A stretch of 63,977 nt of DNA, filler included, from Bigelowiella natans CCMP2755 (Eukaryota > Protista > Cercozoa): the NCBI GenBank assembly GCA_000320545.1. It is 9 parts of 9 records of this genome, joined end to end, with 100 filler letters (N's around TTAATTAATTAA, not from the genome) between each part and the next. Parts side by side here need not be neighbours in the genome. Positions count along the whole stretch, not along the records: positions 32,280 to 46,458 come from ADNK01001798.1; positions 46,559 to 50,207 come from ADNK01001621.1; positions 50,308 to 54,771 come from ADNK01000679.1; 6 more parts are not named here. One strand, given 5' to 3'. The notes under the pieces were generated by a model. That model was not told where the DNA came from. It made no database searches and saw only the letters and a list, made by a program, of their open reading frames with translations. Both the position numbers and the translations under genes were made by a program. Positions 38,894 to 53,342 of this stretch are shown here, piece by piece (positions within the stretch are counted from its first letter, which is position 1; every line of letters begins with the position of its first letter).

Positions 38894-39549
38894 TATTACC
38901 TGTATCTTCCGTGTTGTACAGCAGGGCACGAGGGAAGAACTCAGCGGAAACTAACACGGAAAGCCAAAAAAGCACACACACAAATCAACAAATACAATCA
39001 CGAAATACCCCGCCGTAAAAACATCCTAGAATCAACTGGGATCGAGGTTACTCAACATTATACTAAAGCATTTTATTTCTTTGACGTGCAGCAAGACGAT
39101 ATGTACCTCCATATTTGACGAGAAGGCGGCGTAGCTTTTCCCGCAATCGTGATATATTTAACACATTTTGATGGTATTCAGATGGTTTGCGTCATGATGA
39201 AGCAGCCAACACACGTAAACACGTAGAATGTATATGATAGAAAAAAAGTAAGGGGGGGGGGGGGGGTAAAGACGATGACTCTGGTGATTTGGAAGACTAG
39301 ATTATCACCATCCAAGGCTATATCATGATAATTTAATAATTAAAATGTATTCGTTGTCCAAACCTCATCATCATAATCATCATAATCATAATCATAATCA
39401 TTAATGTCACCTCTCTTCCAGGCCCTGTTTTGATGACTTGCTCGGGACAAACACCGGAGAAGTTGAATCCCTCATAGCCGTCCAGAATGCGGCTGTTGCG
39501 CTGCAATGTGTATGTGTCCGCACATTCACGTTTCAGCATGTCAATATAT

Positions 39550-39583
<34 letters not shown>

Positions 39584-39958
39584 TTGTATTTAAGTGTGTA
39601 TTTGTGTTTAAGTGTGTATTTGTGTTTGTGTTTGTGCGGTTTGGGAGGGTTGGGTAGAAATGTATGATTATAAAAGCTTGCTGATATCATCGCTATCATT
39701 ATAGTAGCATCTACCATTATCATCATCATCATCATCACATCATCATCATCATTGAATCTATCTACTTGTCGATGACGCACGGTCCCAACAAACAACACAA
39801 CACAACACAACACAACACAACACAGGATGAACAACCTGTCGCAAAGTGAGGACACAGCGCTCATTCTCCCAGCCCGTGCCGGGTTTTTTTCCCTTTTATT
39901 GTATTCCTTGAGAGGGGGGGGGGGGGGGGAGGGCATTTAGAGAAATCGAAATGAAAAG

Positions 39959-39999
<41 letters not shown>

Positions 40000-41098
40000 T
40001 CTAAAAATAAATTACGCCAAAGCTTCTTTTGACTTATCCCCCCCCTCTTTCCTGTGGACATATTATCATATATACCCGTATCCACAATTCCGTAGAACTT
40101 GACTGTGTTGACTTTGTGCTCGAGGCCTTCCAACTCGATCAATCTACACAACAACAAACAACAACAACAACAACAGCAACAACGATGAAGACGGCGACAA
40201 CGACGAAATGCACGTGCTAAACGTCAAACATCGAAAAGGATGATACAAAACTACGACGAAGAATCTGTGATCCTACTACTATTCCGACCTTTGGATTAGT
40301 CTTTGAATCATGATTTCTCTCAATGCATCCGCAAGATTCAGCAAGCCAGTGACCTGTGCGCCGAGGAGCAACCGACAGCGGCGATTTGCACCGATAATAT
40401 CAAATCAATATTTATCAAACACAAATACAAAAAAAACTTCCATTTCTTCATCACTCGTACATCGAGCGCATTTAGATGGAAAAACGCAGTTTTTCCTGAC
40501 TAAAACAGTGCTAGCAGCCGGCGCTACCCTGAACTTACTGATTGACCGCTTTGATGCTACATCTACATACGCGCACCTTTGGATGGGAAATATCTGCTAA
40601 TTTGTGCGTTCCGACCCCCTTAACATCGATCATCTTCGCTACCTTTAAAAAAAACCATTTATCATCAGATTATTCTTCTGCTGCTGATATGAATTGAATG
40701 CTGCCAACCCTTCCCCCTCCCCCATCTCACCAGCTGGTTCTTGATGAAACGATATGTCTTCCCTGCGAAAAACGTGGCGGCGCGTCCCCCGCTACGAATC
40801 CTGTTTTTGAAAACGGAATCAACCCCACAAACTTGCAAAATAATAATAGTAATAATGATAGTAATAATAACAATGATGATAATAATAATAATAATAATAA
40901 TACGCTGGCACCCCTTAACATGATTACATGTACAAGAATGGAATATATGCTATAAGTGCGTCAGTATGTGCTTCATGTATTTGTTCAAAGTAGCCTACCG
41001 AATTGCGGATGTTTTATCGTTCTTGTCGATGTAGTCATCAAGGTCACCGTCTTTCATTCCTTCATCATCCATGAGTTAAGACAGTAAGCACGAGCACA

Positions 41099-41133
<35 letters not shown>

Positions 41134-41340
41134 TCACACACACTGGAACAAAATGCATAATACCAACGTTTTGATACTTGTCCTCTCCCGCCCCCCCCTC
41201 ACCCTCCTTTCTCCTTCCCTCACTACTACTACTACACACTAATCCTAGTATGGAAGCGAAGAGGTAGTACCTAGTTTATCTGCATGGTCTCCTCCTTTAC
41301 TTAGGCGCTCAATTTGTCCTATTCACATCATCGTTCTCAT

Positions 41341-41373
<33 letters not shown>

Positions 41374-41524
41374 ACACACACATACACACATACACATGTT
41401 CTTATTACATATATGGTACTCTTCCATACCTTCGCTGAGATACGCCGTGTTATTCAGCAGCCACTGATCGATTTTTGCGTTGTCCAACGAGTAAAGCTCG
41501 GGGAAATCCTGTTAAATATTCGCG

Positions 41525-41560
<36 letters not shown>

Positions 41561-42458
41561 TATACATATATAATTAAAGATATCTTGAACAACATTAGAT
41601 GTGTTACACCAGTAACCTGTCGCAGCAGCTCATAATCCGCGCAGATCACACTCGCCTAGCAAGAAGTTGCGTGAATTATTAAATCACTTCGTTCCAGCAT
41701 GATTCGGAAAGCAGCCAGCAGCTGGCTCCGAGAGAGCTCATCATCGTGGTGTGGTTGCCTAGAGGCTACAACTACTACTACCTTCTTGAGCTTCTGAAAT
41801 TTATCTTCCATGACGTCATAATCGTTGTTCGCATTGCCAGCAGCGTTCTCAAGCGAGCCCTGATGAATATATGAATGTATGTATGTATCTATGTATGTAT
41901 TATCTCAAGGGGTGATGAAGGGGAAACTAAGAATAATAGCGGCCTCAATGCGAGTCGCTGATGGTACCCCCAACCACCGCTGCTCCGATTATTACCTTTT
42001 TTGCATCTGCAGGCATGTGCTTCCACCACACGCCGTGACCAAGCCACTCTTTTTTCTTAGAGAATTGACCAAACCCCCACCATCCGTACTCCTCGTGCAC
42101 GTAGTCACAGGGTGTTTGGGGTGGGGGGAGGGATCCTAGTCTGGCTTGGAGCTCAGACCGAGGCCATGAGGCCGTGTCGTTGATACGAAGCCGCGAAGAA
42201 ATGTTGAAGCTGGAAGAAATGGAGGATGGGGGAAGGGGGGGGGGGGTGGTACATGAATATTTACTAGAGAGAATATCGTGTGCGTGTCTCGCTTTATCAT
42301 CGTAGTCATGTCTGTAGCAATATGCACAGAGCTGATGCTAATGCTGCTACTCCATTTCGTCGACTGCTATGAGACTCAGGTTTCTCAATTCCTCACAGCA
42401 GAAGAATACTGCTCGGATTGCACCTATGTTTCTTCATCATTGTCTCCATACTTAAAAA

Positions 42459-42505
<47 letters not shown>

Positions 42506-44062
42506 GTACATATATTATGTGTTTGTACCAGCTAACAACGGATTTCAGCTCCTTTTCGCACTGAATGAGTTCTTGTGGGGAGGACATTTTAGGGTACACT
42601 TTCAAGAATGCTTCCAAGTCTCCTAGTACATCCTTGCAGCCCTGTGGGAAAAGAAGAAGAAGAAGAGGGGTGAAGAAGTTAGTGGCGATGATCTCCGTGG
42701 AAGGAAGAAGAACGACGCACTACAAACTAATTGGAGCGCATTCACTAATACGCCACGTTGATATGTTGTTCATGCACAACCTGTGCCTTTATTTAGATAT
42801 CGTTAAGTTGATTATTGCACGCATCATCAACACGTCGGAGATTATGGCTTCTACTGCCGATTAGCTGCGGTGATATGTGCATAAGTACATGTGTCTGCGT
42901 GTGAGTGTGTATGTTTATGAATCTACCGTTTCTCTTTTGATGTCATCGCGTGCAAGCCACACGAGCTGTGCCTAATGGTTGCAGCAGTAAGTAGCAGCAC
43001 GGCCATACATTCACTCATTTCGCCGACAGATACTTGAGAGACCGTTGAAAATAAAATGACAGATAGTGATGTTCGATACCATGAAAGTAAGCTCCATGAT
43101 CACACGGCCATTTCCACTTCTGCTGTGGCCAAACTCATCGGGTAGAGTGAACGTCGGAAACTTGTTTCCTAGCTGCTTCCAATCTTCTGCTGTTGCGGAT
43201 GCTTAAACACAATAGAAGACAAATGTGCATATTCTGAGACGCGTGCTTATCAGAGGCGAAAGAACACCAGCATGAAATGTCTCTACAAAAGCAAAGAATG
43301 CATAAAAATGGAGAAACTCAATACGCGCTATTGTTACACGAATGGCTTACGGAGAAATATTTACGAATGAGTAATACCCATCCTGCTGTTGGTTCTCTTT
43401 TGTCGTCGATCTGCTCAAGATTTTAGTGGTGACTGTATGTAGATTTTAAATTTCCCTCCTCTTGTATTTAGGGCTGTGAAGGTTGTTTCTGATCCTAAAA
43501 GCTGTGTTGCAGCGTGGGGGGGATATGAAAGCTTCCGAGATATCTGACTCTTGGAACGTCGTTTTTAGTTTCTGGGAAATATTTCCTTGTCGCATTAGTA
43601 AAATAGCATATATTCTCACATAAATCCTCAAAGAAAAATTACCAATTTGGTTATGATATTCTCTCGAGGTTATTTCCATCGGAGGGAGAAGGGTGGGAAA
43701 TGTACAAAAATATCTCTATTTTGTCCCTACGACTAGGAAATAAGCTGTAAATTGAACCAAAACAGCCTGACTCTCTCTGCTCCTTCCGGTCACGGCAGCC
43801 CCTACCCTCTCGGATGGGGTGGTGGCGGCTGAAATCACCGGTTCTATCATTCATGGGAAGGGGGAGAGGGTTCGAGGGAGAAGGAAAGACAATATTCTGA
43901 GAGCTTTCCTCGAAGATAATTGTAATTAATGTACGGATTGTATGTGTCACTTAGGTTAACCCCCGCCTTCTGAGCCACATTGAGCGGTTGGGAGTCACAA
44001 AAACTGGGAAGCGACGTCAGCGAAATCAACATCACAAATGGATGCAAGATGGTTAATCCCAT
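36400..44062 (-). CDS. One or more large intron-rich genes of unknown function; 5'-most exon encodes a signal peptide
   Basis: About 25 short AG..GT-bounded open segments (e.g. PLHHQSDATGANMMDFTDYYVLPK; IELEGLEHKVNTVKFYGIVDT; DFPELYSLDNAKIDQWLLNNT); start MGLTILHPFVMLISLTSLPSFCDS at 44062. Confidence 0.5.
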
Positions 44063-44877
44063 CTTAGTAGAAGATAATCGAGCCTCAGCACTAACACAGC
44101 GAGTCGAAATCGCCCCGTCTACCACGAGAATATGATCGATCTATATTTGTGTTTAGCTGGGAAGGGCGGCTCTCGACGGCGTGTTAGCCCAGCCATCAAG
44201 AAGGTTGCCGAAATGAAACATTCTAGAAATATTATATAGCCTCATCGTGAAAAATAATTGGTTGTGCACACACAAATATCGATGTATATTTGTGAATGAT
44301 GCGCCGTACTTTGTTCTGGGCAAGTGATAGATAGCACCACCACGCCAGCGATGGCTTCGGAAATATTAAAATAAATCGATGAACAATGCTCCTAATTATA
44401 TCGTTGACTTAACGGGAATGTGTTCCAGCTATTTGACTCAAGCTGTAAATTAATCGCAGTGGCCAACTCAGAAGACGTAAGTACCGAGTGCCCTTGTATG
44501 GCCTACCTCATTTTGACCAAAAACGAGATACGAGAGAGAAATACGTACACGCGTCGATGGGATGATTCATACGCTTAGAAAGCAGCTATAACGTGTCTTC
44601 TTTGCGGACTATCATGTTACAACAACATGCAATAGGCGTTTCCAAAAGGACGAGAGTATGTCCCTGAAGTAGCTTTTGCAGGTACTTATTATTACAGCAG
44701 CTCATGATTATAATGGACACTAGCAGCAGCAGCATCTTCGTGTTTGTGTGTGTGTGTGTGTGTGTAAAACGAAATCCCCATGCCATTTGTCGTAACGATA
44801 TCTTCTTCCTCACTCTTCTTTCCTGTTTGCAGGACGCTCAAACGTTGGTAGGACGGCCATTGAATAATCAAGGAGAG

Positions 44878-44919
<42 letters not shown>

Positions 44920-44987
44920 AGAAATGAGAGATTATCAGCAAAAGTAACAAACTGTCACAGCTGGCCTAACGTGTATGTCTATGTGCT

Positions 44988-45023
<36 letters not shown>

Positions 45024-45174
45024 AATCTCTTGTACTCTCTTGTGTTCGCTTCCGTGTGTGTTGTGGCATTTAAGGCAAATCAAGCCTTCTAAAGGCCCTG
45101 TCGGTGAAATCTTCGTATGTACCCACGGATGACAGACCGGTAGTACATTTAATGGTCTCCACCCTCCTCACCCA

Positions 45175-45209
<35 letters not shown>

Positions 45210-45494
45210 GGCATATGTGTGCACGTGCGTGTGTATGTATGCGTGTATGCATGTAAGATGCGTTTGCATTATCAGCGTTTAGATCTATAACCATACCAGC
45301 GTCTGGATATCAATATGAATATTAAGTATATATCACCTTTGCTGCACATAGGGCACCACAAGAAGCATCGACTTCTACGAAATCGGCCGACTTCTACGAG
45401 TGGTGGACCTTCCGGGCTATGGTGCGTGTGTGATGAGACTATTTTGCGTGATTTTGCAGCAGCAGAGGATGGCAGAGGGAAACGATGGTGATAG

Positions 45495-45528
<34 letters not shown>

Positions 45529-45597
45529 ATTCGTTGAAGTGCAAGGCCCAAGTCCGTATCGACTCATTTGAATATTAAATGATTTGTGTAACTTAAG

Positions 45598-45631
<34 letters not shown>

Positions 45632-45738
45632 ACTACTGCTTATGATTATGCTCTTAGGGTTTGCATATGCGAGAGAGGAGTTGATGGAGGCATGGCGTCA
45701 GCTAATCCTATCGTAATCAATTGTAGAATTTGAATGCG

Positions 45739-45777
<39 letters not shown>

Positions 45778-45787
45778 TACAAGATTT

Positions 45788-45823
<36 letters not shown>

Positions 45824-46558
45824 ATTCCAGATATTTGGGGTCTAGAAGATCGTTGAAGCGGGTATGTTCGCGCACACGCACACACTCACACACGCACACA
45901 CACAGAGAGAGAGAGAGAGAATGAAAACATAAAAGTACCGTATCTAATCATTTGATATACATGATTTCTTCATTATCGTCCTCCACTCTTTGGCGAAGGT
46001 GATGGTAGTTGTGGATGCACGGCACGGGCTCAAGGACAGTGGTAATCGTCTCACGCACTAAGTATTACAACAGTAAATATAATTTATATATATATATATA
46101 TATGTACACCTATACCGGGAACGCACAGATTTGGAGTTTATGGAGCAACTAGAAAGGCATCGTCGGAAGTTCCAAATTGTCCTTACAAAGGCAGACATCG
46201 TATGTTCTTCTTCGCAAAAACAGCAAAATATCTACTACCGTCGTATAAGCTAGCGTCCAGATATACTCATGCTGTATCTCGTCCCTGATAGTAATTAGAC
46301 CCCTTAAAATAGCAGCAGCACTGTACGGGGAAGAAGAGCTGCAAAATCTGGATGAAATTGAGCTTTTCATTGTTCTTATATCAGGCTTGATGCTGGTGCC
46401 CCCTCGCTAAGATGGCAGAAAAGCACGAAAGAAGCCCTAAAGGCAAGGATATTTTTATNNNNNNNNNNNNNNNNNNNNNNNNNNNNNNNNNNNNNNNNNN
46501 NNTTAATTAATTAANNNNNNNNNNNNNNNNNNNNNNNNNNNNNNNNNNNNNNNNNNNN

Positions 46559-46968
46559 GAGATGGAGGACAGCTTCGTGTATGGAAGCAGCACGGCGGCG
46601 GCGGAGGGGGGGGGGACTCATCAACCTCGGCGGCCAAGGCGGCTTGGATGAGAAATCAGCAACTTCCTCCTCCTCGCCCAACTGCACGAGATGCGCCCAT
46701 TGCAACAAGGACATCGACAAGGCGGCGGTGGTGCTGTACGATGAGATAACCACTGACGTCCGCTACTGCAGTAAACGGTAATACTGCGCGGATTCTGGGG
46801 TTTGGGGGGGGGGGGGGGAGGGAGAAGGAGGCGACTCACCATTTCCCCCCTCACCATTTCCCCCCTCACCATCGCTCTCTCATGCTGCTTTTCTCTCTCT
46901 CTGGTTTGTCTCGCAGGTGCAGGGCGGCAAATGAGCAAAACATTCTCAACGTGTTTTTAAAAACATGA
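46559..46968 (+). CDS. 3' end of a gene with a C-terminal FCS/TRASH-type zinc finger
   Basis: CAHCNKDI...VRYCSKR spliced (GT at ~46778, AG at ~46917) to CRAANEQNILNVFLKT*, giving CxxC-x(n)-YCSxxC. Confidence 0.65.
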
Positions 46969-47519
46969 GCAGACGTGATAGATGAGAAGTATTTTTTTTT
47001 AATTTAATGCGCGATGAAAAGGAGGAGGACTCATCCATATAATATTTGTCTCTGTGTACATATACATACATGTCATTTGTTACTCTTTCGTACTCGAAGT
47101 GGCCTTGAGTTAAACCCCCCTAAATTTGTATATTTGTGAATAAGAACCCGCAACCTCTAGACCTCCCCTCTGTCATGCGTCTTACGTCGTCACTCCAAAG
47201 TCCAAATTCTCTTTGAAGCAGGAAAGCGGCTGTAACTTTTTTTCTTGTTTGCTTTTTATCGTAGCCATCGATTTCTGCGTATTTATTGTATGTTTTAGTA
47301 CTATTTTTTTGTTGTGCATCTCACCCGCCGAGCGCAGTGAAGACGGTTGAACTCACTGTAGATGGCCATGAATGAGATGTGTAAAGAGCGGAGATGTGTC
47401 CAGGGCGGGCGTAGTACCGAAACCGCGGCGAATCTCCATAACAGCCGACGGTTCGCGGTAGTGTACATCTGATTGCACATCGTTGTTATCAATCATCAAT
47501 GTCAAACAAAGCAAAGTAA

Positions 47520-48400
47520 AGTGGCAATTTAGTCGCAGATGCGCGCGTGTGTATGTGAAAGCGTGCCACGCTAGCTAGCACGGACCTTCAAACGAATGCG
47601 CTCATCTGTTGTTCAAACCGCATGCAAGACTCCTGTCTAGCTGCTGCGCAATTATTGCTTCTTGTGTGGCTGTCTACCATGCTAGCTGTTATCTAGTGTT
47701 GCACGCATGTGACACAGTAGCTGTGCTAGCTAGTGTGCGGTGAAGCATCAAACAGCGCATCAGCTGGATCAGGCATGTGCATAGATGTGCATGCTAGCAT
47801 GCGACGAAGGAAACGAACTGATCATGCTAGCATGTTAGCTAGCAGTTAGCATGCTTTTGCATGTGCGCGATGTGCTTGATGCACGATCATGAGCAAGTCT
47901 AGAAGCGCTACGTACATGGAGTGTCTATGCACGTGGAGCATGTCGATCTAGCAACAAGACATGATCAAATGTGCACAGCAGAAGTGACAGCTTGAGCTAG
48001 TAAGCTAGCTAGCTAGATTAGGCGTGCTGCTGATGCGCAATCTGCTAGCTAGTGATGCCCGTGTGTAGCCATTGTTGCACACATCTAATCTAGACATATT
48101 TTCTCACACAACTTCTTAGTTTCGTAAGTGTGCCGATGCCATTTTTCGTTCGGCTGCTGTGGCATCTTCTAGATCTTGCACTATCGACCGCGCTAGCGCG
48201 TGCATGCTAGCATGTGGCATGCATGTGATGTGCATGCGCGGATCAGCTAGCTGCTGCTGAGTGGCATGCGAATAACAGCTTCGATTGATCTGCTAGATGA
48301 CATCTATATAGACATGGACACGTACATGTCACAGAAAGCAATGCCGAAGCCAATACTGAATCACATGCACAACCACACAAACCATGTCGAGATGTGCTAC
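47520..48400. other. CTAG-dense, otherwise TpA-depleted intergenic island
   Basis: Most TA are in CTAG (e.g. GCTAGCTAGCTAG); CATG/TGCA runs throughout. Confidence 0.8.
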
Positions 48401-48629
48401 ATATGCATATACACACATTTACACACACACACACACACACATATACATATGTATATTTTTATATCATATTATTCATGGACTCGCTCTGTCCGCTAGCACA
48501 CCGTAGGATTTCAATGCTTTGTCTCCTCTGTCCCGGTCGTCGTCGTCGTCGAGAAAAAGCTGCTCCCCCCCCAGATCCTGAGTGCGTGGCAGATTTACAC
48601 AGAGATCGAAGCAGCAGCAGCACGGGCGA

Positions 48630-49067
48630 AAGATGTGGTACTTCTGACACAAAACAGAAAAAATAACTCGCGCTCGCCATCCAGGAGCTACCTGTATCGA
48701 TTGTCGTTGACATCTCGAAATCTGAGAATGGCGCCCATCACCTGTGGCACCGTCCGGAATAGAGCTGCTAGTGCCACTCCCACCTGCATGATAGGGAATG
48801 CTATCGTCGGGAGGAGTGGTGGATTTTGGCGTGTAGAGCTGCGCGCCCCCTCCGAGGACCGATGCAAGCGGTGCGCCCCACGACGCCGTTGAGGAGCTCC
48901 CTCGCCGCCAGTGAGAGTCTACAGTTCATGGTTTCAGTAGAGTCATCATCATCATCATCATCATCGCCCTCCCCATCATCGTCGTCATCAACATCATCAT
49001 CATCATCGGAACAGCGCAAGGTGCAACCTTCCAAAAACATAGCGACTCCCCAAGGCATGTATATCAT

Positions 49068-49099
<32 letters not shown>

Positions 49100-49116
49100 A
49101 CACACAAGCACACACA

Positions 49117-49164
<48 letters not shown>

Positions 49165-49950
49165 GCACACACGATATACACTCGCACCGACGCAACAAGA
49201 AACCAGCAATAATCATGCTCTTAATCGTGCTGTGTTGGGCGCACCCGCATTCCCGCCGGCAGGGGCGGCGAGGCCGCTCTGGCCCCACGCGCCATCACCC
49301 CCTCGTCCGTCCTCAGCCAAGGAGGCGGGGGAGGGGGAGAAATCCACGCCCTCACCGACGGTCTTTGCGCCGCTCGAAGACGTGTTTTTATGCTCAGTGT
49401 CGACGCTCCTACTCTCCGGCTGGTGATGGTGAAGGTGCTGCGGCTGTTGGTGGTGGTGGTGGCGGTGTTGATGTTGGGGCGGCTGCTGTTGGACGGCTGG
49501 GGCTGCTGCGCCTACAGCATTGCTGAACAATGCGGTGACGTGGGTATGCCGCGTCGAGTGAAGGCCTCGAGAGCTATCTATCTGCTGATGCCGCTGCTGC
49601 TGGTGCTGCTGCTGCTGCTGCTGCTGCTGGTGGTGGTGGTTCTCACTCAACTGGTGATGATGATGGCGATGATGATGATGATGATGATGACGCTGCTGCT
49701 GCTGCTGTAGATGCGTATGGTGACGGACACCACCTCCCATCCCTGACGACGAGGAAGATGAGGAAGAAGACACGAAATTACCGAGCATGGGAGGGGCGCC
49801 GTTGTTATCCCCCCCTCCTACCCTTGCGCCTACTACGCTAGTTGTGCTGCTGCTGTTGGGGGTGGGGTAGGAAGGTGGTGGTGGTGTGCCGTGCGACTGC
49901 CGAATACCAGCCGCCGCTGCGGATGATGAAAGGTGGCTATTTCCAGGGGC
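48630..49950 (-). CDS. His/Gln/Ser low-complexity protein, multi-exon fragment
   Basis: Open segment 49213-49788 with poly-H/Q and non-repetitive flanks; further AG/GT-bounded exons downstream. Confidence 0.35.
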
Positions 49951-50470
49951 ACCTAGTTGAGGGAGATGACGTGAGGAATAACGGAGGACGGTTTGAATGG
50001 TGAGTTAAGGTGAAAATGATGATGATGATGATGATGATGATGATGGTGATTGTGATATTGCAGCGTGTAGGATTGAGGGAAAAACGGAAGGGGGTCGTGG
50101 TTGGCTCCTAGCGAGCGAGAGGAAGGAGGGGAGGGGAGGGGGGGGGGGAAGAGAAAGAGAGAGAGAAACAGATTTAGCAAAGATGTGCAAAAATACAAGT
50201 TGGGCTCNNNNNNNNNNNNNNNNNNNNNNNNNNNNNNNNNNNNNNNNNNNNTTAATTAATTAANNNNNNNNNNNNNNNNNNNNNNNNNNNNNNNNNNNNN
50301 NNNNNNNAAATATAAAACACACTGGATTATTCCCGGTAAAAGTTATTCCTTAAACTTTTAATTTCCCGTTATTTTGGGACCCCCCCCAATACGCCAGGTC
50401 AAACCCCAATGCCCCTACCGGGTTCTATCCCCCCCCCCCCCCCCCCCCCCCCCACCTCGCATCAACATAC

Positions 50471-50751
50471 CTTCGCCAGCTGTCGGTACTTGGGAGCGAA
50501 TCGTTTGCAGTGGGGGCACCAAGGTGCATAGAACTCGATAAGGACATCAGCGTTTGACCTGTCGTATCGTGGTGCGTCCCAAAATAACAGGAAATTAAAA
50601 GTTTAAGGAATAACTTTGACTGCGAATAATCCAGTGTGTATTATATATGTATTTACATCGGAGCAACATGGACATTTATATCAAATCTCTATACTTTCTC
50701 TTCCTCTCTCTCCCCTCCCTCCCCCTCTCCCTTTCTTTCATTATTCTTTTA

Positions 50752-50788
<37 letters not shown>

Positions 50789-50915
50789 TTTGTTGTATTC
50801 TAAATAGCTCAGAGAACCGCGTGACGAGCTTCTCAAACGTCCTTGCCACAACCACCTTCACAGCCTTTTTGTTGCTCCTAGAATGTATATACATACACGG
50901 AACAAATATATCATA

Positions 50916-50951
<36 letters not shown>

Positions 50952-52065
50952 CTGTAGAATATATATTAGCACACATGCCGCACTTTGGTGGCCGTTGAGA
51001 TTTCAGGTATGGCTCCGCCTCTCCTGATAGCACCTGCGTAATCGATTGCGAAGAGGTCTTAACACAAAGGCCCGCGAGAGGAGGGGTGGGGCAAAAGACA
51101 TATACAGCGCACTAAAGCTCGAAGGACGGTGGTTGCTGATGCTCTCCAACGAATAAAATCCAGCATCTACCCGGGTAGCAAACCCCTTTCTTATTCTCAA
51201 TATTCGTTGTGCGTGGTGTTCACTCACGTCGGCGATAAAACCCCCGACCGCCTCCACGCTGATATCTGTTTGGGGGCACACGCAGCGCGCCATCAGAACC
51301 CTCGGCAGCGTGAGGAGCAACTAGCATAGGAACGCTTACTGTCGCGACTGATGATGGTTGTAAGTAATGCTAACCCCAATGCCTCCCCCCCCCTACTCGA
51401 TTCCCTTGTTTTAGGCCTTATTTTCTCTAGTCATCATGCGAAGTCCGAGCGCTTCGTAGCCTAACCAGCCGCACATGAAACCCCCCACCTGTATCGTCGA
51501 GCTCAGCGCCCTGCATCTTGTATAGGTTGGAGGCTTTTCTGACGTCGCTGTGCATCATTGCGACACTCACATCGGCCTCGTCCTGACCAAAATAGCACAC
51601 CCACGGTTCGTCACTGCCCCACCTGAGCCCCGCCAGGAGCGCAGCAAGCGCGGACGGCGGGCACGGCATCGGCGCTCTGTGAGAGCGAGGAATTCTGTTC
51701 TACGACACCTTGTCCATGCCGAATCTCGTGATGAGTTCGGGATAGGAAGCGCGATCGACCATGGCCACCTGCAGAGTATCAAAAGAGGGCGGAGCGGAGG
51801 GTGTGTTGCGTATATATAGATGGGTCTTGTGCGTGTAGGGTAGCAGTGCACTAGCGAATAGAACCGAGACGCCAGGTTTTTTGCCAACATTTTCCAGCAA
51901 AATAGCTTGCTTCACCTGTATCGTCCGTCCGCCATTCTTCGCCTCATAATTCTCTACCACCTGCGACAAATAGGTGACAACGATGCAGCGACGTTATGGG
52001 AGGAAAAACTTGCTCATATTTTAGGAGGAGGACAGTTGGGTCGACGCGGATGATAGCACGCACAT

Positions 52066-52104
<39 letters not shown>

Positions 52105-52756
52105 CATGCTCACACAAATATGAATAAATATTGCAGGCAAACCACTCTCCCCGCCCCCCCCCGCCCCCCATACCTCCGAAAATATCTGCCTCCAGTACGA
52201 GGTTTCGTCTCGCAAATCTGCAAAAAGTTACGAGTATGTGGCCTTGTTACATGTGCGTGCGCGCAGGTGCGCACCCGCGATCTGTTTACTAAATGTGGCG
52301 TTTGCCGATATTCCGAAACAATCACAGCGGCACTATCATCACCCACACACGCAATTCCTACCGAAGTCCCATCCGAACTCAGAGAACGCCAAGACCAACG
52401 GCCTGAGCATAGTCGCAACGTCTCATTTCGCATGTGGAAGAATATATGTGCATGCATCGAGAGATACAAAACAAAGATCGATTTTCTCTGCCTGACCGTT
52501 TTTGCAGCAGAATAGGCTCGATGTCTGCCGTCAACAAGTGGACCTGGGGAGGATAGCAAGAGAGAGAAGTGTGGGAAGGGTTTTTAGGGGGGGGGGGGGG
52601 GAGAGGCTGATTGCAACAAGACAGCAGGCAACCTTTTGGCTGTGTTGTACTCAAATCAGTCTATGCAATACGTTTTAGATCGGTTGGCAAACGACGCGTC
52701 GCGAGTGTTTGCTTCAGATCTATGAATGCGACTGGATACGACACAGAGAACAACAA

Positions 52757-52799
<43 letters not shown>

Positions 52800-53110
52800 C
52801 CACCTTTGTGAGAAGGCCCGAACTGAAAAAACCGGTGAGGTCTTGCCTGGTCGACGGCCCTACACGGATGAAGCGCATCATCACATTGTACTTTGTCATA
52901 TATCACACTCGAGTGGAGCCGCCGCGACAGACGAACCGACAGTGAGGCACGGATGATGGCCAAGAAAATTAAAATACAGCTCGAGCGCCAAAGAAAGCGC
53001 TGCTGGGAGCTGCTCTGCGTCGCACCTTCGTACTTCTGGAGATAAGGATGTTTGCTGTGCTGATCTTCCTCTCCACGAGTATCATCACGATAGCGCAGAG
53101 GCTGCGCCAT
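50471..53110 (-). CDS. Protein disulfide isomerase/thioredoxin-fold protein, multi-exon, 3'-truncated
   Basis: Exons [10 protein letters not shown] / [16 protein letters not shown] / [27 protein letters not shown] match the PDI x-linker and a' domain; 5' boundary uncertain. Confidence 0.8.
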
Positions 53111-53289
53111 GCTCACGCTACCCACTGACAGCTGGAGTGGCCGCCGGAGGGAGGAAGGAGGGAAACAAGAGGAAGAACGACAAGAGGTTAGGAAGCTACG
53201 ACAAGAAGATAACATGGCGGACTACGGCACTGGGCCGAAGCAAGGGGAAACTTATGTGGTTTTCTCTCTCAGCTGAATGCAGAGAATAC

Positions 53290-53342
<53 letters not shown>

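Noticed and set aside
44560-46400. Minus-strand exon-like fragments
   Set aside because: Could not assemble a consistent reading frame or family by eye.
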